Origin: Schizosaccharomyces osmophilus
Taxonomy: Eukaryota
Direction: 5' to 3'
Length of the DNA: 64,000 bases
Assembly (NCBI RefSeq): GCF_027921745.1
Contig: NC_079240.1
Span: 1,302,001-1,366,000 of the forward strand
Under the pieces are notes generated by a model that worked only from the letters and a program-made list of their open reading frames with translations, did no database searches and was not told the origin of the DNA. Positions 1-11,281 of the stretch are shown here, piece by piece. Numbering within the stretch: position 1 is the stretch's first letter; each line of letters starts with the position of its first letter. Both the position numbers and the translations under genes were made by a program.

Positions 1-213
1 TTGTTTCCTTTTTCATTTTTTTGTTCAATTGATGCTGTAGTCTTGATTTTCAAATCGCATTTTCTACTCTTCCTTAGTCCCTTCATTTCAACTTTTGCAA
101 ACGTCGGGTTCACTTTATTTTTTTTCAAAAAACATCTTGTTTCTTATTTCTTTAAGTTTATTGCGTCTCCATTCGTTTTCTCGCTCCTAATTTTCTGTTC
201 AAAATCATCAACC

Positions 214-1176
214 ATGGTACGTCGAACTCGCAAGCTGTTAACGGTGGCCGTTTCTTTGCTTGTATTTATATTTATTCTTTTAAAGCTTCTTCTATATTCT
301 CAAAAATACTTGTACCTTCTACCGACAAAGCAGGCCAGTACTTTGTATTTGAATCAGCAAGAAATTGAAGCAAGTTCGAAGTCTTCCACGGCCTCCCAAA
401 CGACAGCGATTCCTAAAATAATTCACCAAATTTGGAAAGATGAAAATATTCCTGAAAAGTGGTCAGGTTCTGTAAATTCATGCCGAGCCCAACATCCAGA
501 GGAGGATGGGTGGACAATAAACCTTTGGACTGACGAAAAGGCCTTGTCTTTTATGGAAACGCATTATTCATGGTTTATGCCTATTTATAATAGTTACCCT
601 TATGATATTCAACGATTTGATGCTGTTCGCTACTTCATCATATATCATTATGGAGGTGTGTACATTGATTTAGATGTAGGTTGTCAAAAACCTATGGATC
701 CTTTACTTGATCAAGCAACCTTTTTGCTTCCTGTGACTGAACCGATTGGGTATAGCAATGACTGGTTTGCTGCTACTCCAAGACATGCGTTTCTTTACAA
801 AGTGATTACTTCTTTGTCCAAATTTAACCATCAGTATTTTACGAAATACCCAACCGTATTGCTAAGTACGGGCCCTTTGTTCATTTCCATTGCACTCTGC
901 CAGTACTTGTCAGAGCCACATAACACGGTGCGAAGTCTTCCTCCACCTATGTATGCAAATGGTCCGATTTCTTTTTTCTCCCATGTTTATGGTAGTAGTT
1001 GGCATGGATCCGATGCCAGTGCATTTTTTTGGATGCAGAACCATATATTTTATGTTATTATGCTCGTTACCGTATGTATTTTATTGTTGCTTTTTGTACT
1101 CGTCAAAGTCTTCACTGTTCGCCGAAGGAATAGAAACCAGCGCCGACGAGTAATGCAACAAGAACTTAATCCTTAG
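214..1176 (+). CDS. imt1: Inositol phosphoceramide mannosyltransferase (GT32, Sur1/Csh1-like)
   Basis: ATG at 214. N-terminal TM, IPKIIHQIW motif, HYGGVYIDLD (DxD) motif, C-terminal TM. The ORF-track extension to position 1 starts at TTG. Confidence 0.88.
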   Translation: MVRRTRKLLTVAVSLLVFIFILLKLLLYSQKYLYLLPTKQASTLYLNQQEIEASSKSSTASQTTAIPKIIHQIWKDENIPEKWSGSVNSCRAQHPEEDGWTINLWTDEKALSFMETHYSWFMPIYNSYPYDIQRFDAVRYFIIYHYGGVYIDLDVGCQKPMDPLLDQATFLLPVTEPIGYSNDWFAATPRHAFLYKVITSLSKFNHQYFTKYPTVLLSTGPLFISIALCQYLSEPHNTVRSLPPPMYANGPISFFSHVYGSSWHGSDASAFFWMQNHIFYVIMLVTVCILLLLFVLVKVFTVRRRNRNQRRRVMQQELNP

Positions 1177-1494
1177 TTTTTGATTTTGATGAACTGCGTA
1201 TATTTTACAAGTAATGACTCAAAAAGAGAAATTTAAAAATGAATATAAATTATGGAGCGTGAGAGAGTATTGTACAATGGATGACAAGTTATAATCTTCA
1301 CAATTGACTTTAAGTCTACTGCAACATCCCGTTGCATGGAATTCCCGAACATCACCCAGTGAAAGCCTTTTCTAATTTTGCACTCTGAACAATCGATGAG
1401 GGAGGCTATAGTTGTCTTAACATATTGGGTTTGTTTCTCTTTTTTTACTTATTCTTATTGAAGAGAAGACTAAAAAGAAACAAAAGAAACAAAA

Positions 1495-1940
1495 TTATTG
1501 CTTATTTAATGCTGATACATACAAAACTGCAAACACAGGTTAGAGCACTCTTTCGTGTCTTGAACACGCCGAAAGATCATTCCATCAGTCAAGACTTACC
1601 ATTGTTACCACGAATAAAAGCGTCACCATATTCGTTTGTTTTTTTACCATTAACAAATTCTTCTGTCTGTTCCAAGGCAAGATTCATATACCCGTCAAGG
1701 CAACTCAAGATTCCTATATACAAACGCAACATTAGCGTACGAGATTCCAACAAAACCAATCGTAATTCATGGATAAAGCAGTAAATATGATTCAAAGTAC
1801 ATCGTCCGTAGCTTTCCATGACAGATGCTCCACATCCAACATTTCCTTTACATACCACGATAATCCACACCAGAGCTTAAACGGATGATGACAGGTTTTC
1901 CAATAACCTTGTTTAAAAAATCATTTGGTGAAGAGTCCAT
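1495..1940 (-). CDS. lsm6: U6 snRNP-associated Sm-like protein Lsm6 (exons 1940-1856, 1713-1600, 1526-1495)
   Basis: Spliced product MDSSPNDFLNKVIGKPVIIRLSSGVDYRGILSCLDGYMNLALEQTEEFVNGKKTNEYGDAFIRGNNVLYVSALNKQ. Donors GTATGT and GTAAGT, branchpoints CTAAT and CTAAC. Confidence 0.95.
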
Positions 1941-2296
1941 TATTTCCCAACTTTTGCTTTTCCAAGTTGTTATAGCACCTTTCGTTAGTTGAGACAGGCA
2001 CTTAGACATGCTATGGGTATTCCCTACAGAAAATAGAATACCTCTTTACGATTATATTACCAGAGCAATAACGTAAGACCTTATGGATCGATATAGAGAA
2101 GACCACATTTGAGCGAAGGTGCAAAATAGGTTTACTGCGATACGCAATACTAAATTGTGAAAGTTGAGAATGCGAATGCGACGATGCTCTCACTGTATCC
2201 AAAGCCTGTAAATTTAGCCTTGAAAAAGAAAGAAAAAGAAAACGTGTATTGCTTTGTTTATATTGACATAAAAGTTTATAAAAAGTTGCGTTGAAA

Positions 2297-2875
2297 ATGG
2301 CTGTAAGGACCGAACAATTGGAAGCACCCCAAGTAAAGTTGGACAATTTGACAGAAGAAGAGCAGTTGGTTCAGGAAAAACTGAATAAATATGCAAAATC
2401 GATAGCTACGTTTAGATATCCGTTTGCAATTCCACCTCCGTTTCCCCCAGCAAAGCCAAATTTGGCTCTTTCTACCCAAGTGAATAAAATGAAGCAGACA
2501 GCCAACGAAGCCTTCAAGCGGAAAAAGTACGAGGAAGCCAAAAAATTATACAGTCTTGCTTTACATTTAGCACTCAATCGTTGTTCTTGGGAACCCGCCT
2601 TGCTGACTCGCGAAGAAGTAAGCACTATGCTCTGTAATCGTGCAGCCGCTGAATTGTCGCTTTCACAGTTCCCAGAGGCGTTGGCGGATGCAAATGCTGC
2701 TTTAAAGATTCGTAATACCTATGGTAAATGTTTTTATCGAAAAGCAAAAGCCTTGGAGGCGATGCATCGTATGGATGAAGCCAAACAAGTCGTTCGAGAC
2801 GGTTTAATTTTGGCTGAGCCTATTACTCGAAATGAGCTCGTTTCTTTGTGGGCTACCTATACGAAAGAAAATTAA
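2297..2875 (+). CDS. sec72: ER protein translocation complex subunit, Sec72-like TPR protein
   Basis: TPR helices (ANEAFKRKKYEEAKKLYSLAL; LCNRAAAELSL; KCFYRKAKAL) in a ~192-aa protein. Symbol follows S. cerevisiae usage. Confidence 0.8.
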   Translation: MAVRTEQLEAPQVKLDNLTEEEQLVQEKLNKYAKSIATFRYPFAIPPPFPPAKPNLALSTQVNKMKQTANEAFKRKKYEEAKKLYSLALHLALNRCSWEPALLTREEVSTMLCNRAAAELSLSQFPEALADANAALKIRNTYGKCFYRKAKALEAMHRMDEAKQVVRDGLILAEPITRNELVSLWATYTKEN

Positions 2876-3388
2876 TGTCCTTCCCTATGCATCCTGTAAC
2901 CCCTTTTTTTACCTTCTCTTCCCTTCCCTTTCATTCCTTTTTCATGGTTCTTTTGTTAATCTTCCAGTGACGGTTTTCTACTATTAGTATTACTCTTAGT
3001 TCTCTTCACCTCTTTCTTTTATTATACATAATAAAAAGGTCGTCAATGGCGTTCTTTCTTTATGCAGTAATCTCGTACATTACGGAGTTATCGAATTTGC
3101 ACCTGTTCTTTTAAAAGATAAAATTTATTAAACAATTATATAAAAACAATAATTTGAATTTTTCCTTCCCGTTGTCCGATCAATGTACATATTTATATTT
3201 ATTTTTTTATCCATTAAGACCATGTATAAACCAATCTTTCATTTCATCACTCGCAGTTAATCAAACAACGCAAGGTTCCTAAACCCACATCATGAGTAAT
3301 CTGTTAAAGCTATCCACTTTTGATGCACTCTAAAAAAGTGTAGCAAGCTTTGCTTTCAAATTTCAGATTCCCAAAGCTTGACAGTAGA

Positions 3389-4672
3389 TTAATTCCTAGC
3401 ACGACCACGGCGGGGTTTAGGAAATTCGAGAGGAACCTTCAAAACTGCCCGCTTGTGGTTCTTTGCTTCTGTTTTATTCAAACCAAGAGCCATACGTTGA
3501 GTCTCTGAATAAGACATGATGCGGCATCCCACAGTCTTAAAAAGCTCGTTTGCTTTCATTACCTTGATGTTTAGGTCATTAGCCAATGTGAGAATGTCTG
3601 TGGAGTAATTGTCGACGATAAGATACAAGACAATGATATAGCACATGATACGATCAACTTGACGCATAGAAACTTGAGCCGAACCGGTTGCTGTCGTTTG
3701 TGTGAAACGTTTGAAGAGGCCATCCATCAAAATTTCAGGAGGATCAGCAAGCTTTCTGCGTAAAGTGTCACGATCCGTAACAGCGCGACGAGAAAACAAG
3801 AATGCCTCCAACAATGAAATGTAATAGAGGAGTTTGGCACGCTTGTGATCAACTTCCTCAATCGATAATAATCGAGAGAAGCGTTCATTCACAAAGACAG
3901 AATGACGGTAAGGTAGCATCTTGGACCATCCCTTGTCCTCAGCAGAATCCAAAAATGGCTTGATATAAATAGCAGACATTTCTTCTTTTGGAATGATGTC
4001 CTCCAATTTATAGGCGTCTTCAACAGTTTCCGCATCCATATGAACAGGAGGAGTGGGTCGATCTTGTGCTTGATAAGCATTAAGCTCCTCTTGTGAAGGT
4101 AGAGCTTCCGTTGCCTTTTGAACATTACTAACAAGTTGGTCCTTGACATCGCCTAGAGCGTCAGCCTTAACCCGATTAGCAGACTCCTCCATAATTGCCT
4201 TTTGGTTCTTCTTGGTACCAAAGGCTAAGCCAAGGTTGGCACGTTGTTCCATTATCGTGCCAGCAACGACACCACGTTGCTTTTTCATGTGTTCATCCTT
4301 TTCTCTCATAGCAAGAACTTGTCGCTCAAACGTGTTAAGGTAGCGAGTAGGGACCAACTTCTTAACACGACCATGCTTGTCAGCAATGGCCAAGCAGTAA
4401 TTGGACTCTACATTGTTTGTAGGCTTGTTTTTCGCTTCAAATTGAACACGCTCGGTTCTTCCAACAAGTGAAATGTCACTCGTTTTCTTTTCGTCTGTGT
4501 GAACGGGCTGAAACCGAGTTTCTTCAGGAGGGTAAGAACCAGAGATTGTCGTAACAAACGGGGGCAAGGAAGATTCTTTCAGCGAGAGAACCTGAATGCT
4601 CTTCTTCGACTCCTTATGCGACTCTCCAGATTTGCGTTTTTTACCCTTCAGCTCGCCTCCTGAAACCGCCAT
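3389..4672 (-). CDS. rpa49: RNA polymerase I subunit A49
   Basis: ATG at 4672 (MAVSGGELKGKKRK). Motifs LGLAFGTKK and C-terminal AVLKVPLEFPKPRRGR. Confidence 0.92.
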   Translation of the reverse strand: MAVSGGELKGKKRKSGESHKESKKSIQVLSLKESSLPPFVTTISGSYPPEETRFQPVHTDEKKTSDISLVGRTERVQFEAKNKPTNNVESNYCLAIADKHGRVKKLVPTRYLNTFERQVLAMREKDEHMKKQRGVVAGTIMEQRANLGLAFGTKKNQKAIMEESANRVKADALGDVKDQLVSNVQKATEALPSQEELNAYQAQDRPTPPVHMDAETVEDAYKLEDIIPKEEMSAIYIKPFLDSAEDKGWSKMLPYRHSVFVNERFSRLLSIEEVDHKRAKLLYYISLLEAFLFSRRAVTDRDTLRRKLADPPEILMDGLFKRFTQTTATGSAQVSMRQVDRIMCYIIVLYLIVDNYSTDILTLANDLNIKVMKANELFKTVGCRIMSYSETQRMALGLNKTEAKNHKRAVLKVPLEFPKPRRGRARN

Positions 4673-4724
4673 GTTGTTAGCTATCGTAAAATTCCATTTT
4701 GCTAATTTCGCCTGATGCAGAATA

Positions 4725-4732
4725 CAGTCACG
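4725..4732. promoter_or_regulatory. Homol D-like box (CAGTCACG) upstream of rpa49
   Basis: 7/8 match to CAGTCACA, about 55 nt upstream of the rpa49 ATG. Confidence 0.4.
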
Positions 4733-5596
4733 AAGGAGTAACAGAGTAACAAAGTTGTCTTGTGACAGAGGGTGAACGCAACACGCAAATCTGCAACGAA
4801 AGGGTAAATCTTTCGTTATATGGATGAAACAGTCAAAGATGAAAAATAGTCTTATAAACAAAAAAGAGTCCTTTAATACAATATGTAAACAACAAAAGTT
4901 TTAACAAAGAAAACTACTTTATCTACTTTAAAACAACAATATTATTTACGAAGTTGGAAGTACGAATTTTCAGATTGGAAGATTCGACTGATCTGGCTTA
5001 ATAAATCGAGTCGTCGTTTATTTAGCTACTCAAGTCACTGGACTCTGAAAATACTTATAGAAGACATTAAATAGAGTCCAATCTCTACATATATAACTCT
5101 TTCAACCTATAAACTCATACACTCGGCCATAGAAAAATCCAGCTGTGACAGAAACATAGTCAGTAAATGTAAAACAATATGAAGGGGAAGGAAGGGCCAG
5201 AGTTAAAGAGGAAGGGCTTCTACAAGCATTTCCAGATATTCTTTGTTAAAAAAGACAGCCTCAATTCTGTTAAGAAGCTTCTCACTAGAGTCTTTGTACA
5301 AGTCTCGAATGAAGACTCCAACAAGAAATCATGTGAAGAAACTTGGAATGTGAAATATCTCGTCAGATAACCATAGTTGAAAAATTAAACAAAACGAAAG
5401 CATTAGAAAGCAAAGGAAAAAGACATACAAGGAACTCTGTATACTAGAAATGACAAATAAAAGCAGGAGTAAGTATACAGGTAGAGAAAGAAGAATGATC
5501 TTGAGAGCATAATACTCAAACGATATTAGCATAAACGGTAGATAAGCCGAAATAGTGTACAAATTTTAAAGACTATCTAGGTATATCTAGAACACT

Positions 5597-6150
5597 TTAA
5601 AAGCTGTTGGGGAGGGGTCCAGTCTCAAATGGAGTGGCTCTTTCAGCAGGCTCTTCTTCAGCAACAGCGGTGCGAGCACGCTTTAAGACTTGAATGTTGA
5701 CTATAACTTTGTTAGTAAAAAATTGTTCTCAGTGGAAAGATCAGGAAAACTGTCATTCTTTTTCAGAAGGAACATAGGAGCAAGGAATGACTTACGGTGT
5801 TGAAGACTTAAGGATAAAGGAGAGGGGCCTGCAGATTCAGTGGAAGGAGAATTGCGATAAACGGCGTTAGTCTCTACAAAGACTTGGTTTCCCTTTTTGA
5901 GGACAGTTTCCATACGGTCAAATTCGCGGTCGTCAAAAGAGAACACTGTACGAAACGTAGCAGGCACATCCTTTCCGTTATTGGACGCGACTGTATATTT
6001 CATATAGGGATTACCACGTTGTGACTGTAAACGTTCAGCATCACGTACTAGATTTCCAGTAAACGTCAAACGCTGGATATCTCGGAGACGAGCTGGAGAA
6101 AAGGAGAATGAGCGTTTAAAGCAAATTTGGCGAAGAGAAGGAGTAAACAT
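5597..6150 (-). CDS. rim1: Mitochondrial single-stranded DNA-binding protein (exons 6150-5796, 5700-5597)
   Basis: Mitochondrial presequence, then SSB OB-fold (LTFTGNLVRDAE...YMKYTVAS...LKKGNQVFVE). 95-nt intron GTAAGT...CTAAC...TAG restores the frame. Confidence 0.9.
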
Positions 6151-6577
6151 AGCACAAATAAGTACAGTTCAAATATGATTTTCAAGTATTACAAGATTTC
6201 TACGGTGCTGTGTAGTGTATGCAAGCAAGGTAGTGAATGGTAGTATGAACTAAGACAAGAATCATCAACAATTGCTAGCAAAGAAGATACAGGAATACAT
6301 CTGAATTATAGTACTTTGCATTTAAAAAAGGTACATTCAAAAATAAAACGAATGATATATACACATACTGGGTTGTAAGCACGGATGATTTTTTTAAGGC
6401 TTGAAACCTTTAATATATTCGTAGTTTACAGTTCTAATTACAGTCTGTTTTATAAAAAGGTCTTGTAAATCATAATAAATTTCATTAAAGCGTCTCGGCA
6501 TCACAAATCTATAAGGTTGTTGTTTGTAAGCATGTTTACTTTTCTCTCCGAGGGCAAAGAAGCAAGAGAGAATCCAT

Positions 6578-7405
6578 TTAAAGAGGAGAAACGCATGGAT
6601 TCCAATCGGAATGATAATCCTCATCCAAATTGTACAAGGTATGCATTTCGTCCTTGGAAAGCTCAAAATCAAACACTTCACCATTGCCCTTAATTCGAGC
6701 CGGAGTAGAACTCTTTGGAAGAACGATGTAACCACGTTGGAGAAGGAAGCGAATCATAATTTGTGCTTCGGTCTTATTGTATTTATTGGCAATGCCAATC
6801 AATTGCTTGTTTCCAAACTTTTCACCGTGGGCTAAGGGAGCATAGGCAGCCAAAGCAATACCCTTTGTCTGGCAGTATTCTACCACCTTGCTTTGAGAGC
6901 AGAATGGGTGAAGCTCAATTTGGTTGACGCAGGGAACAATCTTGGGATGATGATCCAACAATTGTTGAATGTGATGAGGGCCAAAGTTGGATACACCAAT
7001 TGCACGAATCTTGCCAGCTTCAACAGCTTCTTCCAAAGCCTTCCAAGAGCCAAGACGGTCTCCATATGGGGAATGGAGCAAGAACAAATCAATGTATCCT
7101 AAACCGCAAGCCTTCACACTGCTGTCAATGCTCTTGAGGGTAGCACTGTATCCAGCCAAGTTGTTTAGTTTGCTGGTATACCATACCTCTTCACGCTTGA
7201 TGCCAGTGTCCTTCATGAATTGAAGGATGGCTCTACCACAATCTCCTTCATTGAAGTACATTTGGGCAGAGTCGACATGACGATAGCCAGCTTGTAAAGC
7301 AGCATACACAGAGTCAAAGCATTTGCTACGGTTGATCATATAAGAGCCATAAGCGAATTGAGGGCACTTGAGGCCGTTATTCAGCTTCAAAAAGGGTCCT
7401 AACAT
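6578..7405 (-). CDS. Aldo-keto reductase (xylose/arabinose reductase-like)
   Basis: Motifs GYRHVDSAQMY, YIDLFLLHSP, IRAIGVSNF, NQIELHP and IVLPKS. ATG at 7405. Confidence 0.92.
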   Translation of the reverse strand: MLGPFLKLNNGLKCPQFAYGSYMINRSKCFDSVYAALQAGYRHVDSAQMYFNEGDCGRAILQFMKDTGIKREEVWYTSKLNNLAGYSATLKSIDSSVKACGLGYIDLFLLHSPYGDRLGSWKALEEAVEAGKIRAIGVSNFGPHHIQQLLDHHPKIVPCVNQIELHPFCSQSKVVEYCQTKGIALAAYAPLAHGEKFGNKQLIGIANKYNKTEAQIMIRFLLQRGYIVLPKSSTPARIKGNGEVFDFELSKDEMHTLYNLDEDYHSDWNPCVSPL

Positions 7406-8446
7406 TGCAAATGAAATGTTTTCTGTTTCGTACAAAAAAAGTGTACCGAAGTTTCTTTCAATTAAATATTCTTTTGAACAAAATCAAGCCAAGTTGAAAT
7501 GTTCCAAAACGTCTATATATATTTCTTCCTTGTTGAAGTTTCCTGATTCCTTGCAGCGATTGCCCTCTATTTATATCTGCTCAGAATCGTTAACGAGTTT
7601 ACATCAAAAATCAGCGATAAAGGTGATTATGAAATCTGGTTTTTTACGTACGAACCTCTCGGAAGGAATGATGTTTTTCTTTCTCGTTAATCAAATCTTT
7701 CATGAAATTTCGATCCTATGTAATGAGCGATTCATTATTATATTAGCCAATCTTATTACCGGCCAGTAAATCGTATTATCTTGAAACGTAATGAAATACT
7801 AGTGAAATAAATAAAAAAGCATATTGAGAAGGTTTGAGAAAGTTTAGTATCGTTTTCTTCTTTTTGAGTTTGTCGAACTGCTATGGATAAAAAAATGAAC
7901 TTATTTCGTTTTGCAACATGCTTCATCTTGTACAGCATTGTTGGATGTCTACATAACAGAAAGATGATGATATTACAGATGGAACTGCAAGTATCTCGGT
8001 TTCTTCTATACTTTGGTTTGCTTCATTGATTGCTGTTAGTAAAGTCTTCATGCTTGATAACTCGTGGCTAAAACAAAACATGCGTACGACTTACAGTAAT
8101 TAACAGCATTATAGAAAACAGTATAGCAGCAAAAGTTATTATCTCGTATACAAGAATGCTCATCTATTTAATAAAAACCTTCGTCGTTGAAAACAAAACG
8201 TAAACAAAAAAAAGGTTTTATATTTTTATTCTCTACCTACTGTCCTATATAGTAAATAAGAATTAGAAGAGGTCTCTTCTCAGGGTATCAATTACCATAG
8301 CGGGTCCTCTTTTTTCACATAGAACGCATTGACTATGCAGAAAAAATTCAAACATACCGTATCCTATCATTAAATAATGAATTATTACTTATTCCCAAAT
8401 ATTCATGTTTACTCGACCATTCAGCAACATATATGCACGCCTTTTT

Positions 8447-11281
8447 CTATACCCCGTAACGTAATTGAATTTGTGCCATCATATCCGGTGAAGCTTGCCA
8501 TGCTGCTTTTCCATTAAACATTTCAATGGATCCCTGCAAAATCTTTTGGAACATATCTTGCAATTCCATCGAAGGCTTTTCATATTCAGCAACACATGCA
8601 ACAAACAAGGGAAGAAGATATGATAAGGACTGAGGGTTGCATGCCAAGATATTGCAGAATCCTCTGAAGGCAGAATCTTTTTCTTCATTTTCACCAATGG
8701 TCTTGATAATTTCAAACCATGGTTGGTAAAAGAGCTCTAAATGAGGAGCAACTAATTCGGGATTAAACATGCCTAATCTGCCTATGGTTATGGCAACATT
8801 CTCCAGTACTGTACTGTTCGCTTTTCCGGACTGTATAATACAAATAAGGCGCTCCAATAAGGGTTTTACCCATGGTTGCATATCCTTACCCATTTGTAAC
8901 GCCATTTCTCCTGCAGACCAGATAGCATTGTTAGAAGCACTAACGTGCAACAAAGGCATTTGCATGTGTGGTAGCATGTCTAGTAACAGTGCGTCACAAT
9001 AAGGACGAACTTGATCAAAACAAAACATACACATATCACCTAGCAAAGCATATGCCGATTGACGGACTTCCGCAACTTCGTCTTTAGCACAAACACCAAT
9101 AATTTGTCCCATTGGGGGGTCGGCTTGTGCTATTAAGGGTGCAATTTGACTTCCGAGTGCTTGAATAATACCACTGATTAAATCCAAAGTAGTGACCAAG
9201 AAATCCCGATCGGGAACGTCAATCGAAGGATCACTTTGGGAAGCGTCAATCATATACAGCGTATTATGGAGCATCCGGAAAGTGCGAGCATATGTTTCTG
9301 CTGCAAAAGGAGCAAATCCCTCTTTAAGAGCCACGGCAACCGATGAAAGGCATTCTAGTAATGGGAAAATATTTGGGTCATCATCACTAATAGTGGACCA
9401 TTTTTGAAGCAATGGTGGCATCAAAAGTTCAACATAACTCTTTTCATTAAGTACTGGACCAACGTAATCCGCAAGTGTTTGGACAGCATCATATAAAATA
9501 AGTAAGTTTTTCCTTTGGTATTTTTGGAAGGCAAAAGCAAAGTTGGTTAAAATAGGAGCCAGGAAAGGCACCAAAGCAGGCCCGGCTTGCTCTTCCAGGA
9601 TGGCAAAAGCAGAGCAACCAGCTTCTTGTACCTTTTTGTTGTTATCAACCACCATTCTAAGTAACTTTTCTATAAGGGGAATGAAATACTTTTGACGATC
9701 TACCTCAGAATCCAAGCAAGTTGCCCAGCTTGAATAACGGCCAAGCGTCCAACACGTAATCGTACGGACCAGAGGCTTATTACTATCCAAAAGCGAAAGC
9801 AAGTAAGGATAAAGCTCCGGCAAATATTGAATCATTCCATCCATGCAACCTTCTGCAATAGCACCCAGGGCCAATACACCAGCCTCTTGAACTTTCCAGT
9901 CAGAGCTCATCAAACTTTCCTTCAAATGAGGGAGAATAACCTCAAGCAACTTTTGGTTCCAAGAAGCAGATAAAGCATCAAGGGCTGCAGCTGAGCATTT
10001 CCTCAAATTCCAATCCATGAAGGCATCGGCGTCTTCATCCTCGTCATCAAACTCGTCGTCGTCTTCATCTTCCTCATCAAATTCATCAAGTTCATCATTC
10101 GCACCTCCTTGACGGCCAGCAGGACCCTCCGTATCCATGGTTACACGAGACTTACCCTTAGCATGTTGAGGACGAATATCTTCAAGTCGATCTTCGACAT
10201 TGTAATCATCGACATCATTTCCAAGGAGTAAAAGGTCCATATCAGAGTAAACCATACCACGAAGAAGCATTGGGATAATCTTATCAAGATAGGGACCCAA
10301 AGAAGAGCAAAGATCAGGTTGTTCAGAAATAGCCAACCAAAATTCGCAGGCCTCCAGAGCAACAGTCTGGTCCATATCTTGAGTCGAGTAAAGCATATAT
10401 TCCACGATACTACCCAAGGAGGGGGCGATCTTGTCAGGACGAACATCAAGCAAGTAGACAAGAGCTTGACAAACGTTTTTACGAACATTCGGAGAAGTAT
10501 CGGTGGCCAAGCTGTAACAGGTTTCGAGGAAGTTATCAATGTGGGCATACAAAGACTGACTTTGAATTAAAAGGAACTGATTGAGGCAAAACAAAGCATC
10601 AGTACGAATTTTTGGATTTTCATTACGAGCCAATTCAACAAAACGAGGAATCATAAAGTCGAGAGGACGTGTTCCATCAAAGTCTCTATCTAATTCTCGA
10701 GCTGAATCTTCGCAAATTTTCGTAAGTGCACTGAAAGCACCTTCTTGAGTGGTACTGGGTGTTGTACCAGAAAGCATGTCCATCAATTGTGGGAGAACTT
10801 CGGGCCATGTACTAACCCCCCATCTACTAATCAGCGTAGTTATAACATTGCCAGATATACCGCGAATCAAAGGTTGAGAATCACATAAACCGCGTACAAC
10901 TGTCGATTTTGTATAATTAAGACTTTGCAATCCGTGTGCAAGTTCAATGTTTGAAACACGCAAGTTATTTTTTAATAGTAAACCAGCAGCAGAACGAATT
11001 GGCACGCTCAGTTCGGCACCATTAATTAAAATACAGGCGAGATAATTATTTACATCAGCAATATCCTTCGTTTTTTCAAGTAACTATCAAATATTGTTAG
11101 ATTCTATTAAAACCAACATAAAGGATTGTAAGAAGCGAAGCCTCTGGACTTTTTATGATTTCTAAAGACATACACTTAAAGCAGCTATTCGAGTTTGTGA
11201 ATCTTCAGAAAGTGAATTTTTTATCACTTCTGAAAGTTCCAACAGGACTTGTTCCTGAAGAACCCAAGGATTGTCCCCCAT
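8447..11281 (-). CDS. kap104: Karyopherin beta-2/transportin Kap104 (exons 11281-11174, 11083-8447)
   Basis: HEAT repeats, acidic loop followed by WNLRKCSAAALD, and KKVQEAGCSAFA. 90-nt GTATGT...TAG intron joins MGDNPWVLQE... in frame. Confidence 0.95.

Noticed and set aside
1..213. ORF-track N-terminal extensions (imt1; likewise rpa49, hem1, mct1)
   Set aside because: They start at TTG/GTG in T-rich leaders. The eukaryotic ATG starts lie downstream.
5039..5080. 8-bp inverted repeat TGGACTCT/AGAGTCCA between rpa49 and rim1
   Set aside because: An isolated short stem with no snoRNA boxes, compatible with chance.
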